A stretch of DNA of 64,000 nt from Octopus sinensis (lineage: Eukaryota), in NCBI RefSeq assembly GCF_006345805.1, contig NW_021832375.1, positions 1 to 64,000 on the forward strand, written 5' to 3'. The position numbers and the translations under genes are program-made. This document shows positions 39,889-51,962 of this stretch, in pieces. Under the pieces are notes generated by a model that was not told the origin of the DNA, did no database searches, and saw only the letters and a program-made list of their open reading frames with translations. Positions within the stretch are counted from its first letter, which is position 1; every line of letters begins with the position of its first letter.

Positions 39889-40437
39889 AAAACCTTTGGA
39901 AAATGTTCTCTACTATATCCTAATGCTTACCAAAGCCTTGTGAGTGAATTTGGTAGATGGAAACTAATGGGAGCCTACACGTTGATTGTTGGCCATTTCT
40001 TTTTTTGTATTCTTCCGCCTTTTTCTTTTGGACTTTCCTACGTCCCTTGTTTCCCAAGAAGAGCTTTACTCGAAACGCAAAACAACCACTCTTTCCTTCT
40101 CTGAGAACCTTGTTAAAACCTCGCCTGTACCACGTCATTGCATTGTTGGTTTTTTCTTATTGCATTTTTCTTCCGTTTCTTTTTTTTTTTTAACTATATG
40201 TGTGTCTGTATGTGCCCCCCACCATCACCTGACAACTAGTGTTGGTGTGTTTATATCCCCGTAGCTTAATAGTTTGGCAAAAAGTGCCTTAAAAAGAAAA
40301 TAAGTCCTGGCGTTGATTAGTTTGACAAAAATTCCTCAAGGTGCTGTTCCAAAAAGGCTACAGTCTAATGGAGTGAAACAAGTAAGATAAAAGTTATATT
40401 ATAGTTATGTAGGTTATATATTATGTGTAGGACATAC

Positions 40438-41133
40438 CTACAAAACTGTGCCCACCACCAACTTTCTTTCCTCATAGCTTCCAATAAAATCGATATTTGT
40501 CATTGAAATTTTCAACAAATATGCTTCAGGCTGTTTGATTGGATTTTGTTATAAAAACTATTTTTTCCAAGGGTGAGAAGTTTTGGAAAATTCACATGAG
40601 TCAGCTTTTCTTCCTCATAACTTACAGAAATATGGGTGTTTTTAATGAAAATTTATACAAATACATTTCAGATGGTGTAGATTGTGCTTAGATCAAATTT
40701 TAATGTGAAAAATAAAATTGCTGGGCAAGTACACATACATACTAATATACATCACAATATTTGTTAGAAATTTCAAGTTTCATTTTGTAGATGTGTAATG
40801 TGTGTCAATATGATTGCATGCGAGTCCACCTTTTTCATCTTAAATTCTTATATATTAGTAAATTGTAATCTACACTATGTGGAAGGAAATTTGTAGAAAA
40901 TTTCATTCAACAATACTCATTTTTCTGAAAGTTATGAGGAATATTGTCTTGTGTGAATTTTCCGAAACTTCTCTCCTCATCTTCAGAAAGAATTTTTTTC
41001 ACATCAAATTCTGATATAAGCTTAAACTAAAGAATCTGAAGTGTATTTGCTGAAAATGTGGTTAAAAGAATATCCATTGTTCTATAAGTTATCAGGAGAC
41101 AAAGTTGGGGGGGGAGGGGACACAGTTTTGTAG
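40438..41133. mobile_element. Foldback/MITE-like element with ~245-265-bp imperfect inverted arms, just downstream of the GCLC stop
   Basis: Arm 40438-40683 (CTACAAAACTGTG...GAGAAGTTTTGGAAAATTCAC...CCTCATAACTT...GTGTAGATT) matches the reverse complement of 40867-41133. Confidence 0.8.
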
Positions 41134-41179
41134 TTTAGGCTGATTGTAGCTCGTAACAGATGAAGTTGTCAGAATTTTG

Positions 41180-41346
41180 TTAACACTTGATAAATGGTTG
41201 TGGAAGTCCTTCTTCATTGTTGACAATCTTTTCACATTCCATAATAAAATCGTATGTGATTCTGTCACTGACAAAAGAATCATTCTTGTACTCTTCATGA
41301 TTTGTAACAAATTGCCTTGTCCATTGGGCCATTGTCATTATCTTTC
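41180..41346 (-). CDS. GCLC: Glutamate-cysteine ligase catalytic subunit, last coding exon
   Basis: Acceptor ttttttttcatttattttatag|GA. Reads (G)KIMTMAQWTRQFVTNHEEYKNDSFVSDRITYDFIMECEKIVNNEEGLPQPFIKC*, similar to vertebrate GELMTVARWMREFIANHPDYKQDSVITDEMNYSLILKC. Confidence 0.92.
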
Positions 41347-41728
41347 CTATAAAATAAATGAAAAAAAAAATTGGCTTATTTTTGGCTGTATTTTGTAACA
41401 ATATCCTATCCCCATGATCTATGGCACAAATAGGAAAACACTTATCTGTTTCTTTTCTTCATTAATGTTAGCTGTGATAATTGTTTTGAAAATCTTGTTT
41501 AAAACCAAACTATGGTAGAATTATTTAACCGCAGGACGTAATTTGGAAGGAATACTATTCACACATGGTCTTTCATATAAGTGTTTAGAGTGTGATGATT
41601 TATTAATAATAGGGGTTACAGGGATAAAATACAGATTCACATTGTATTTTATAATTGAAAAAGAAACTAACAGATAAATGTTGTATATTTAAAATAACAT
41701 TACTCTTGAGGAAAATGAATAATCTCAC

Positions 41729-41846
41729 CTGCAGCTTTGTCTGAGATGTATTTCAGGTATTGCATTATTTTAGGTCTTTTGCTGAAATCATAGTCAATAT
41801 AATCAAGATATTTGTGTATGAGAGGAATTAAACCAGGGAAATCATC
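41729..41846 (-). CDS. GCLC: GCLC coding exon (118 nt)
   Basis: caacag|GATGAT...GCTGCAG|gtgaga. Reads DDFPGLIPLIHKYLDYIDYDFSKRPKIMQYLKYISDKAA(G), similar to GVFPGLIPILNSYLENMEVDVDTRCSILNYLKLIKKRASG. Phase joins the last exon. Confidence 0.92.
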
Positions 41847-42367
41847 CTGTTGATAATAGAATCAAAATAATTGAAAATAGTTTGAGTTTTCTATCCCATA
41901 GATTAGAAATTGATTGAGATGTTGACCAAATAGTTATTGATATTTTAGTGGTAAAAGAATGGAGAAAGATATGAAAAGAATTTCAATATCCTTCTTATAA
42001 TAAAAATCATATATATGTATGCTCATATGACGTGACACTATTCATACACAAAAGTATGAACAAACACCAGTGAAAGATACACAAACTAAACATCAGTAGT
42101 CAATGTATATAGAGGCAGCATAATTCAATACTCTGTATAAATACACACACACATAAACTGAATTAGCAGATATGTACTATTTTAATGCACAAACAGGTTA
42201 AATGATTTTAAGTTTGACTTTGTTCAGTATCTATGCAGGAGTAATTAGAACCACAATTTTGTTTTTTAAATATTGTTCCAGATAATTTTTGTTTCTGAAT
42301 AACGTTATTTATGTTTGTATTCTAAATTAATAAAAATTGTTTTCAATTTATTAAAAATATTTTTTAC

Positions 42368-42432
42368 CTTTCCATTCATGATTTCATTTAAATTCATCAA
42401 ACTGTAAATATCCTGAGTTAGTTCAGAAGATT
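42368..42432 (-). CDS. GCLC: GCLC coding exon (65 nt)
   Basis: cacttag|AATCT...GGAAAG|gtaaaa. Reads (E)SSELTQDIYSLMNLNEIMNGK, similar to YTLMSIDTIINGK. Phases are compatible on both sides. Confidence 0.88.
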
Positions 42433-43069
42433 CTAAGTGACAGGAAATAAAACAATTATAGATTTAGTACAATAAATATATGTGCTATATAGTGTGACAG
42501 GCAAACTGCTCACCATGATTATGATGCAAAAACTCATAACTTAGATCATGTATTAATTTCATCGCTACAGATTTTTCTATAGATGACCTTAACACACAAT
42601 TTAAGTACACTGCTAACACAGTAGTACATGGTACTGACTTATAAAAACGTTTATTCTTCATAGCATATTATGGTTGCATTACAAAATACTGTGTGCCTAC
42701 AAGTCATTAATCATAATTTAAAATGTTTAAACAGGGTGTGACAGAGAAGCCCAAAATATTGAATGCAAGGTAAGTTTGCTTTAATTCATATATTTGTTGT
42801 CTTGTAATTTGCCTTGCGTTTACGTCGCATTGTTCTGGCCTTAATCACGATCCTTTATACAATAATGATTCATAGTAATTATTCCATATATATATATATA
42901 TATATAAATTAAATTAGAGATAAAACTACTATTAGGCAACTGAAGCAGTGATAGACATAAACCAATACATAGATAACAAAAAATATAGATATAATTAATA
43001 TATAATATATATATAAAATATAAAATTTAGAATTTAATTTTTTTAATTTTTTAAATTACAACCACTCTC

Positions 43070-43530
43070 ACACACCCTACCTATACCACCACCCTCAGCC
43101 TAAACCACACCCCACTCTTGCCTTCCCCACATCCCAACACCATCACACCACACCACACACCACCACATCACATCACAATGCACACACTAGCACTTAAAAC
43201 TTCCCAGACCCACACCATTATCCACAGACCTGCATATACACACACGTACACGTCAGTGCCCCCACCCCTCTTCCAAATGCACATACATGCTCTGTTATAC
43301 AAATGCACGCACACCTTCGGTTTGGGATCACCACTACTTTATTATCTCCATTTCTTACAAGCTCTCCTATGTGACCCCTCTGTCTGGCATTTGCCATGAT
43401 AGATTACTAGCCACTACATTTTCTCTCCTTATTTCTTTCTGTATTCCTTTCTGTGGAAGAGTATAGGCTCAAAACATTAAAGAGTTTTTCACTTTCCGAG
43501 CATTAAACTAATACATATATTTTGTGAATT
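43070..43530 (+). mobile_element. Probable Penelope-like 3'/pseudo-LTR remnant
   Basis: C/A-rich tract followed by ...GATAGATTACTAGCCACTACAT...CCTTTCTGTGGAAGAGTATAGGCTCAAAACATTAAAG, which I recognise as a common repeat end. No coding evidence. Confidence 0.4.
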
Positions 43531-43569
43531 TTCCCTATATATACACATGCATGGCTTTGTGGTAGGGAA

Positions 43570-44335
43570 GTTTGCTGACGATATCGCTCTTATCAGTGAT
43601 TCTCTCTCCAATGCCCAGTCTCTTTTACAATCTCTTGAACAAGCCTCAAATTGTGTAGGTCTTTACCTCAATGAGACCAAAACTGAATACATAAACAAGT
43701 GCCTGTCCAACAGTGATTGCATCATCCACACTCTCAACAGTGCACCTTTAAATATGGTTTCTGATTATAAATATCTTGGGTCATACATATCATCATCTGG
43801 AAAAGACTTTCTAACTAGAAAGGGTATGGCCTGGTCAGCCTGTAATGACATGCATAAGATCTGGTCATCAAATCTAAGTAGAGACTTCAAACTTGAAATA
43901 TTCAAAGCCACAGTCGAACCAATTCTACTATATGGCTCAGAAACCTGGACGTTATCAAAGAAGCTTGAGAGGCGGTTGGATGGAACCTACACTCGCCTCC
44001 TTATGAGAGCTCAAAATCTCTCGTGGAGGCGCCATCCAACTAAAATGCAAATATATGGGGAAACTACCACCTGTGTCATCTCTTGTGAAAGGTAGAAGAG
44101 TCCAGTTTGCTGGACATTGTTGTAGAGCTGAAAAAGAGGTAATTTCTACTCTTCTCCTCTGGAAGCCATCTACTCGCAATACCAGAGGGCGCACACTCTC
44201 CTACCCTGATGTAATCTCCAGGGATACAGGCATCCAGCAACAGGACCTCCGTAATGCTATGATGGACCGTGAAGTCTGGCGCAACATGGTAAATTCCATT
44301 GTCTCGACCACGGTCGAACAATGATGAATGATGAT
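43570..44335 (+). mobile_element. 5'-truncated RTE-X-like LINE in a GCLC intron (antisense)
   Basis: FADDIALISDS...LNETKTEY...DYKYLGSYI...EPILLYGSETWTL, then one frameshift to ...GRRVQFAGHCCR...VWRNMVNSIV. Ends in an ATGATGAATGATG tail. Confidence 0.88.
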
Positions 44336-44436
44336 TGCATTCCAATCAATATATATTTATTAACCATTCAATATTTAATTAAAGTAAAATTTTATTTCTT
44401 GTAATTCTGAAAATTTCCTATAAATATAGCTCTTAC

Positions 44437-44518
44437 CTTTTTGAACATCTTTTCTGAAATGAAATTTCTCTTTATTAATGGCATCTGGCTTTTGTGCTGG
44501 TGGGAAGTTTTCATCAAC
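44437..44518 (-). CDS. GCLC: GCLC coding exon (82 nt)
   Basis: ctgtaag|GTTGAT...CAAAAAG|gtaaga. Reads VDENFPPAQKPDAINKEKFHFRKDVQK(E), similar to VDENMKVAQKRDAVLQGMFYFRKDICK. Confidence 0.92.
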
Positions 44519-45510
44519 CTTACAGAGGGTGAAATGATATGGTAAATATGTATAAAATGGGATTAATAATTACCTAATGGTGTGTTGAGTTCTTGAGCAA
44601 GACATTTTATTTCATGTTGCTTGAGTGCACTCAACTAGAAAAAGTACATTGTATCTGTATTTCAAATGGCCATTGTTGCTACATTCTGTGTCACACTAGA
44701 TCTCCCTGAGAACTACATTAAGGTATTTCCCTGGAATGCTCAGCCACTTGCATATTGATTTCATGAGTAGGGGGTCTCATTGATCAGATCGACTGGAACA
44801 ATTGTTATAATAGACTGAGCGACAGAAACATCTTGGCCAACTTAATAATTTAATGTAATGATTAACAAAACACATAATGGTTTTGATACACATTTTAAAA
44901 ATCCTTTGATGACAGTGCCCCAGCATGGGCACCTATGATTGGCTGGAACTTGTAAGGGAGCAAAAAATAAGTGTTCCCAACATGAATTTAAATTAATTGA
45001 CTTTAAAATTAATTTCATTTATGTTTTGTAATTAAAGATGATGCTTGGAGCTGTCCACCTCTTGGTATTAATTCTGCACCTGTCATTGATATATATATAT
45101 ATATATATTATTGAGGTAGCTGGCTAATCATGACACAAGTGTCTGCTCTGGCATTGTCAGTCTATATATCACTGGTGGGGAGATGAATCACTGCTGTCTC
45201 TAGTGTTTAAGTATCCATCAGTGTCAAGACCAAAGTTGAAATCACATGATCTGAGGTCACAGCACTAGATGTAGTGGGGATTTATCTTCCTGCTACCAAT
45301 ATTAACAAAAGTGCACTTGGCACCAAAATGCCAATGAGTGTTTCTCTTATGATAATTACCACAGTATAGTTTGTCGTAAAAGAACATACACATTTTAGGG
45401 TGAATAAAATCCAATGAGTTGATACCTGATGACATAATATCTATCATAGCTCTCATATCTATAGTTAGATCAAAGAGCTCAATGTTTATTTTAGAGAAGT
45501 CAATATTTAC

Positions 45511-45615
45511 CTTTGTTATCGGGATCAAAAGGTTCAGTTTGAAAGTAACTATAGTACGTGTAAGAAGAAGCATGAATACAACAAAGGCTGCATTTTCAAA
45601 ATCAGTCAGCTGAAC
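45511..45615 (-). CDS. GCLC: GCLC coding exon (105 nt); most 5' exon found in the window
   Basis: atacttacag|GTTCAG...ACAAAG|gtaaat. Reads [35 protein letters not shown], similar to [35 protein letters not shown]. Confidence 0.95.
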
Positions 45616-45699
45616 CTGTAAGTATATTAAAATAATTAGTAATGGCATCGTCATACAATCATCAATTTTTCTAAAGTCCTATGGTTATAGAGGCGTGGT

Positions 45700-47515
45700 T
45701 GGAGGCATACAGTTACAAATCTGCACATAATGTAGCAGGATTCTTATCTTGACATCACTAACATGTTTTCATGGACAGGGACTGTTTTTGGTGGAGAATC
45801 CTGTGTCTGAGGAGCCCTTTTAAGGAGAACAATGTTCACCTGGATATACTGGGAAAGTGCTAGAAAAGGTGCAATAAAAATTGTCTGTCCTTTCTCTGCT
45901 GGGTAGTTTACTGCAGCAAACAGTTGTTCAATTTAGCAGGAATGAACAAAGAATTGGTATAAACAAGGATAACAAATATACAAGCAATAAGGTTTCTCTT
46001 AACCTGGCCTGTTGAAATGTGAAAACCCTTTTAGATCGAGCAAGTAGGTCTGAAAGAAGAAAACCTCTAGTAACTAAAGAACTAAGGCTTCTTAATATTG
46101 ATATTGCAGCTCTTTCTGAAAAAAGATTTTCAGATGAAGATCATCCTGTCGAAAGAGTGGCAGGTTTTACATTGTGCTGAATTGGGAAGCCAAAGGGAGA
46201 GAAAAGGGAAGGTGGTGTTGGGTTTGCAATTAGAAGTGATTTGCTAAAAGACTTAGAACGACCACAAAACATAAATAAACACATGATGAAACTCCAGATC
46301 CCTCTTTCTTGTGGACATTTTGTAACTGTTTCTCTATTTATGCTCCTACACTTTCAGCTAATGAGAAAAATATCCATGCATTTTATGAGGAGCTTACAAA
46401 ACGTATTCCATCAATGCCTTTGAGAAGTTGGTTGTACTGGGTGACTTTCATGCATATGTTGATAGAGACTAAGGTGCCTGTGATATACTTGGGCATTACA
46501 GAATAGGAAAGGTGAACAACAATGGGTTGCATCTGCTATAAATGTTCTCTGAGATAGAGTTGATTGTTGGGAATGCTCTCATCATAAAATGAAACATGGA
46601 TTCCCCCAAGATCAAAGCAATGTCACATGATTGAGTTTGTATTAACTTGGAAAGGTGACTTACAAGATTTGTGCAGATGCAGAATAGTGTGAGGTGCTGA
46701 TTGTGATACTAAACACAAAATGGTTAGGGTCAAGTTCAAGTTCAGTGTCTGCAAGAAAATTCATTTTGTAGGTATACAAGTACCAAAGAAAATTGATGTA
46801 GAGCAGCTAAAACGACCACAAGTTTTGCAGTTATTTCAAAAGAGATGTACCAATATTCATTTTGAAGGTTCATGACAATCTTTCCAGAATGAAATATATA
46901 AAATGGGTTCAGAAGTGTTAAGTTTTAAGATGATAGAGTTATAAATGAGCTTTTAGCAACAAAGAAGTCCACTCATGAAAAGCTTCTTAACCCAAATGTT
47001 AAGAACACAGTACAGCTAGAAAAGTTGTACAAGTCTCAAAAAGAAGACTTGCAAAAATAACTCAGGAGGCTTAAAGCCACTTGGTGGAGAAACTTGTCAG
47101 AGGAAGTACAGGCAGCCTATGATAGGAAGGACATTAAAAGTTTCTATAGTTTATTGTGGCAATCTTTTGGACTCCAATCTTCATCAGATGTTCCCTTGAA
47201 GTCAGAAGATGGAAATGGGGTTATTAATGATCCTCCTGGAATAATGAATAGATGGAGAGAACACTTTGCAGATCTTTTCCACAATATGTCTATAGTGAAC
47301 ATGGATATCGTAAACATGCCACAAAGAGAGATAATGCAACACATGAATGATACACCTTCCACTGGAGAAATAAATTTGGCATTATGTATATTAAGATCAG
47401 TTGTAGCTCATGGATTGGATGGTATTCCAGTTGAAATTCTGAAAGCAGGCGGGGATCATATTTCATCTGAAATTCATAGCCTGATAACTCAAGTTTGGAA
47501 TGAATTGTCTGAATG
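45700..47515 (+). mobile_element. Decayed RTE (BovB-like) LINE, 5' part with endonuclease
   Basis: LNLAC.NVKTLLDR...NIDIAALSE.RF, GVGFAIRSDL, and RWREHFADLF...AHGLDGIPVEILKAGG. Many stops and frameshifts. Confidence 0.8.
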
Positions 47516-47519
47516 ACAT

Positions 47520-47850
47520 GCAAACAGGATTGACTGGTCAAGGAAGAACTGTAATCCCTGAATCTACATCAGTGCGTAATCTGGGCATTGACGTGAGCAG
47601 TGAGGCTTCTTTTCAAGTGCATATTACCAATTTGGTAATGTGCTCCCTAATACACTCAGCACACAATACTCCCAACTATGATCAACACAAAATTAATGGT
47701 GAAACTCGAAGCTATCCAATGAAGCTACACAAAGAAAATCATCTCAATGTGCCACATCAGCAACTGGGAAAGACTGAAAGAATTAAAATTCTTCTCCCTA
47801 GAACAAAGGCGATAAATTTATGGAAAGTCCTGGAAGGCCTTTTACCAAGC
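47520..47850 (+). mobile_element. CR1/L2-group LINE fragment
   Basis: VIPESTSVRNLGIDVSSEASFQVHI, and in another frame NWERLKELKFFSLEQRR. Confidence 0.6.
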
Positions 47851-48134
47851 TTTGGCATTGAAAGTTACACAAACAGCATTTACACAAATTCTTTGGCTTG
47901 TTTGTCTGATTTCTGTTGGTCTATTACATTTTTCAGTGAGATAGTGGCTTGTTTGATGATTTTAACTCTTATTTCTAGCAAGCTGGTACTTTGTGTACTC
48001 TCTATTATAATTATAATTATAAAATTTTATTGATTAGCCATATAACAGAATTATTGTTTGCTGGCCACTAATATTATTATTTTTATTATTATTTATCTAT
48101 ATATTTACTACTACTAATAATGATAATAATAATA

Positions 48135-49260
48135 ATAAGCAGTTCTGGTTTTTATTAACAGTTTCAATGTGTTGAACTGGAATATGAGTGAAATAAGGCA
48201 GATTGACAGGTAAATTCATAAGCTACTGACTTGCAATAAGATGCACCAACCAAAGGCAGACGTATATCATCTTTACCTACCCAGAGCTCAAGGAGGTTGA
48301 GACTTGATCTAATCTGAAATCTTCTACAAAACCACAATAATTGGACTGGCTAAATAGCTTGAAACATCTAACGACTGGATGCTAAAGCTTGTTGAAAACC
48401 ATGAAAAACATAAGCTTCATTCTGTTATGAAGGAGAGCAAAATATTTTCAAGTGAGTTTATGCATAAGCATGATGGAAGTGCAGCAACTGTAGTTGCAAA
48501 GAAGGTGAAATCAATATCAAAACAAAATGCATTTGAACAATTGGCTGATAGGTGGGAACAAAAACCCCTGCATGGCAAATATATGACTCGAAGCAACAAG
48601 CTAATGTAGACCAGAAGCACACCCATCAGTGACTTTGGAGCTCAGGGCTAAAGGCAGAGAGTGAAGGATTTATCTCGGTTGCCCAAGATTAGAGCTTATT
48701 GACCCGGAACTACTAAGGCAATGGGATGAATAATGGTGTAGAGCCAAAGTGCTGTTAATGCAATGATGAGATTGAAAAAGTTGACCACCTAATCTCCACA
48801 TGTAAGGTTTTTAGCACCTGTAGAGTACAAATCAAGACATGACAGAGTTAGCCAATATCTACATTGGATGATATGTCGGCATTATAGAATGAAAACTGCT
48901 GACAAATGGTACAAGCACCACCCTGAGGCTGTAACTGAGGGAGAAAATGTAAGTATTCATTGGGACTTCTGAGTATGTACAGGCCGGACCATCAAAGCAA
49001 ACAAAACAAATATTGTTGTGAAAGACCAAAACAATGAAGCCTGTTTATTGATTGATATGAGCATACCTTGTGACCATAATATCTCGGAAAAAGAATTTGA
49101 TAAGCCCAGAAAATATAAAGATTTGCTAATTGAAATCGACAAAAAATGTGGCACCTCAAAATGGTTACAATACCAGTAATTGTAGGAGCACTTGGAATGA
49201 TCAGAAAAGAAACTGAAAATTATTTAAGAATGGTGTCTGGCATACCATCCATGTAGGAAA
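48135..49260 (+). mobile_element. R4/Dong-clade (restriction-like endonuclease) LINE, 3' part, next to a (TAA)n tract
   Basis: HQPKADV..LYLPRAQGG, WEQKPLHGKY, SSGLKAESEGF, the CCHC finger region (C.DEIEKVDHLISTC...YKSRHDRV) and REL region (WDF...RTIKANK.NIVVKD...CLLIDMSIP...YKDL.IEI...IPVIVGALG). Confidence 0.85.
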
Positions 49261-49264
49261 TGCA

Positions 49265-50154
49265 AAGTATGTCTCGTAGTTATAAATGAGACATTTACAA
49301 AAATATCCTAAGGCCTCTTCGGAGATTATGTGATACAAATCAGATTACATACACATTTATATAGGTGTGGGTACATACCCATAATAATACATATATATAT
49401 ATATATGAGTGCATATACTCATACTCCTATACATATAAATATACATATACATAATGATATAAATAATATAAATTAATAAACATACATATGTTCCACATTC
49501 AATGTTACAGTTTTTCAACTTAATATTGTGATAATTACAATGTAGAAAAACATACACATATTAATACCCAAATGCAGATATACAGAGTCAAGAGTACATT
49601 ATATTAATTCATAACAATTTCCAAAATGTCATTAATGTTAGCATCATTATCATTGTCATTACCACTAATGCTACCAATATCATCATTCGTATTATTATTA
49701 ATAACGCTAATACTAGAAAAAACAATATATAGATTCCATTATTAGCAATATAGTTACAATAGTACTACAATACCATGCAAAGTGTTAAATATCTGCATAT
49801 ACATACGAAATATGAAACAAAAGCATTCTGTTTACACGACATTAAGATCCACTGGTGCACAGATGTACTTCCGAGTTCAGATTTACATTGTAATTATCAC
49901 AATATTAAGCTGAAAAACTGTAACATTGAATGTGGAACATATATATGTTTATTGATCTATATTATTTATATCATTATGTATATGTATATTTATATGTATA
50001 GGAGTGTGAGTATATGCACTCATATGTATATGTTTTATTATGGGTTAGGGTTAGGGTTATAAATGTGTATGTAATCTGATTTGTATCACATAATCTCCGA
50101 AGAGGCCTTAGGATATTTTTGTAAATGTCTCATTTATAACTACAAGACATACTT
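49265..50154. mobile_element. Foldback element with ~275-bp high-identity inverted arms
   Basis: 49265-49544 matches the reverse complement of 49884-50154 (e.g. TATCCTAAGGCCTCTTCGGAGATTATGTGATACAAATCAGATTACATACACATTTATA). Spacer is ~340 bp. Confidence 0.9.
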
Positions 50155-50570
50155 ATCTGCATGGCCGAAACAGCTGTAAGATGTAGTCTATATCTATACT
50201 TATATTTACTTATTTTTATATTCTCTTATACATATTGTACTTACTGTATAACATTACTCCTTTATGTACACAATTTTGTTCTACTTTATTATGTTTGTTC
50301 TTAAAGTTTCTTATGTGGTGGTTTAATAAAGTATGTGATTGGGTATTATCTGGTAATTGATATTTGATTTGGATGTATTTCTCCATTTTCTTATTTTGTA
50401 TTATGAATTTGTGGTAAAACATTTTACCTTTGCCCATATAATACAGTAAATGAATTAATTGCATCGCAATTATTAACATTTATGTATTAACTTTGTTGGG
50501 TACTTCACTAGCGGTAGATTGGATATATGTTATCCCATGGAGGGTTGCATTTACAACCCCTATCTCAGTT

Positions 50571-50617
<47 letters not shown>

Positions 50618-51609
50618 TTGAAAAATGGAAATTTTTTCACAATTTTTCCAGGATCCTCATCTCTTATTATAAAAGGCAGATTTTATCTGCCTCCCTTTGT
50701 CTCTTATAGAAATCTACAATATAGGATTTCTTCAATTACAATTTACCTAGCATTTTTAAGAGTAGAATACATCGGGTCGTGCCAGGTACAGTTTTTCAAA
50801 TTTCAACCCCAATTAAGCAAAATTTCGTGAAAACTCACATTGTGGTGTGTAAGTGAAGTGCATTGCGTAGTGTGGGCTACAGCACACACACACACACACA
50901 CTAACGGAGCGAACTGCTTCACTCATGCTATCACCCTAATTTCTCATACTTTCTCTTAGCAAGTGTACCTTAAACCACTACTCAAAAAAAAAAACACAGC
51001 AAACAGAAACAAATAAATACATAACGATTTACTCCTCACACAATTTCTTCAATTAGAGTTTACCTATGATTTTTCAAAGTACTTCCATTCGGTCATGGCA
51101 TACAAAATTTCTTTCAATTTCACCCCCATTTCAGAAAAAATTCGAGAAAACTAACATTTCACTCTTTCACTTCAAAGCCTTTACTCTGCATATTACTCCC
51201 ACTTCCTCTTTACACACATAGACACGCAAATATATAAATAAAATTGTAAGCTAACGTGTGTGTATGTGTGTGTGTGCGTGTGTGTGAGTGTGTGTGTGTG
51301 CGTGTGTGTGTGGGTGCGTGTGTGTGTGTGTGCGTGTGTGTGAGTGTGTGACAGGGATGAGCCAGTCAGACTGGTCATCCTTTTTGCTAGAAGATCACCT
51401 ATGGTCTTATATGATACACCACTGGTTTTCAGTTCATATTCATCAAATTAATATTCACAACAAGAAGGACTATTCATTATTATACATCAGTTCCACACAT
51501 TTACCCTGGTTCCATTTCGGACAACTGCACAAACATTTGCCATTTCACACATGTATGTAAACAAATTCCTTTCTTAAAAATTTCAATTCATTTTCTTTTT
51601 CAATTCATA

Positions 51610-51960
51610 CAAAGTTTTTTAGGACGAATATAAGATCTAAAGTATATCCAAGTAGCAGAAAGATCGCCCAAAAGTGTATATAGATATTTAAATGTATTTA
51701 TATATTCATCTATACACATATGTATGTATAATGTGTGTGTATATATTTCCATAGACGTAACCATTCACTCCGCACAAAGTTTTTTTAGGACGAAAATAAG
51801 ATCTAAAGTTATCTCTAAGTAGCAGAAAGATCGCCCAAAAGTGTATATAAATATATAAATGTATTTATATATTCATCTATACACACATGTATGTATAATG
51901 TGCGTGTATATATTTTCATAGAGGTAACCATTCAATCCATACAATGTTTTTTAGGACGAA
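51610..51960. repeat. 166-bp tandem repeat, ~2.1 copies
   Basis: AGGACGAA at 51621, 51787 and 51953 (spacing 166, 166), with colinear intervening sequence. Confidence 0.85.
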
Positions 51961-51962
51961 AA

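Noticed and set aside
50500-50560. Minus-strand IQST as the missing upstream GCLC exon (NIQSTNWQ...)
   Set aside because: The following residues (ASEVPNKV*) do not match NWQTMRFKPPP and no suitable splice sites are present.
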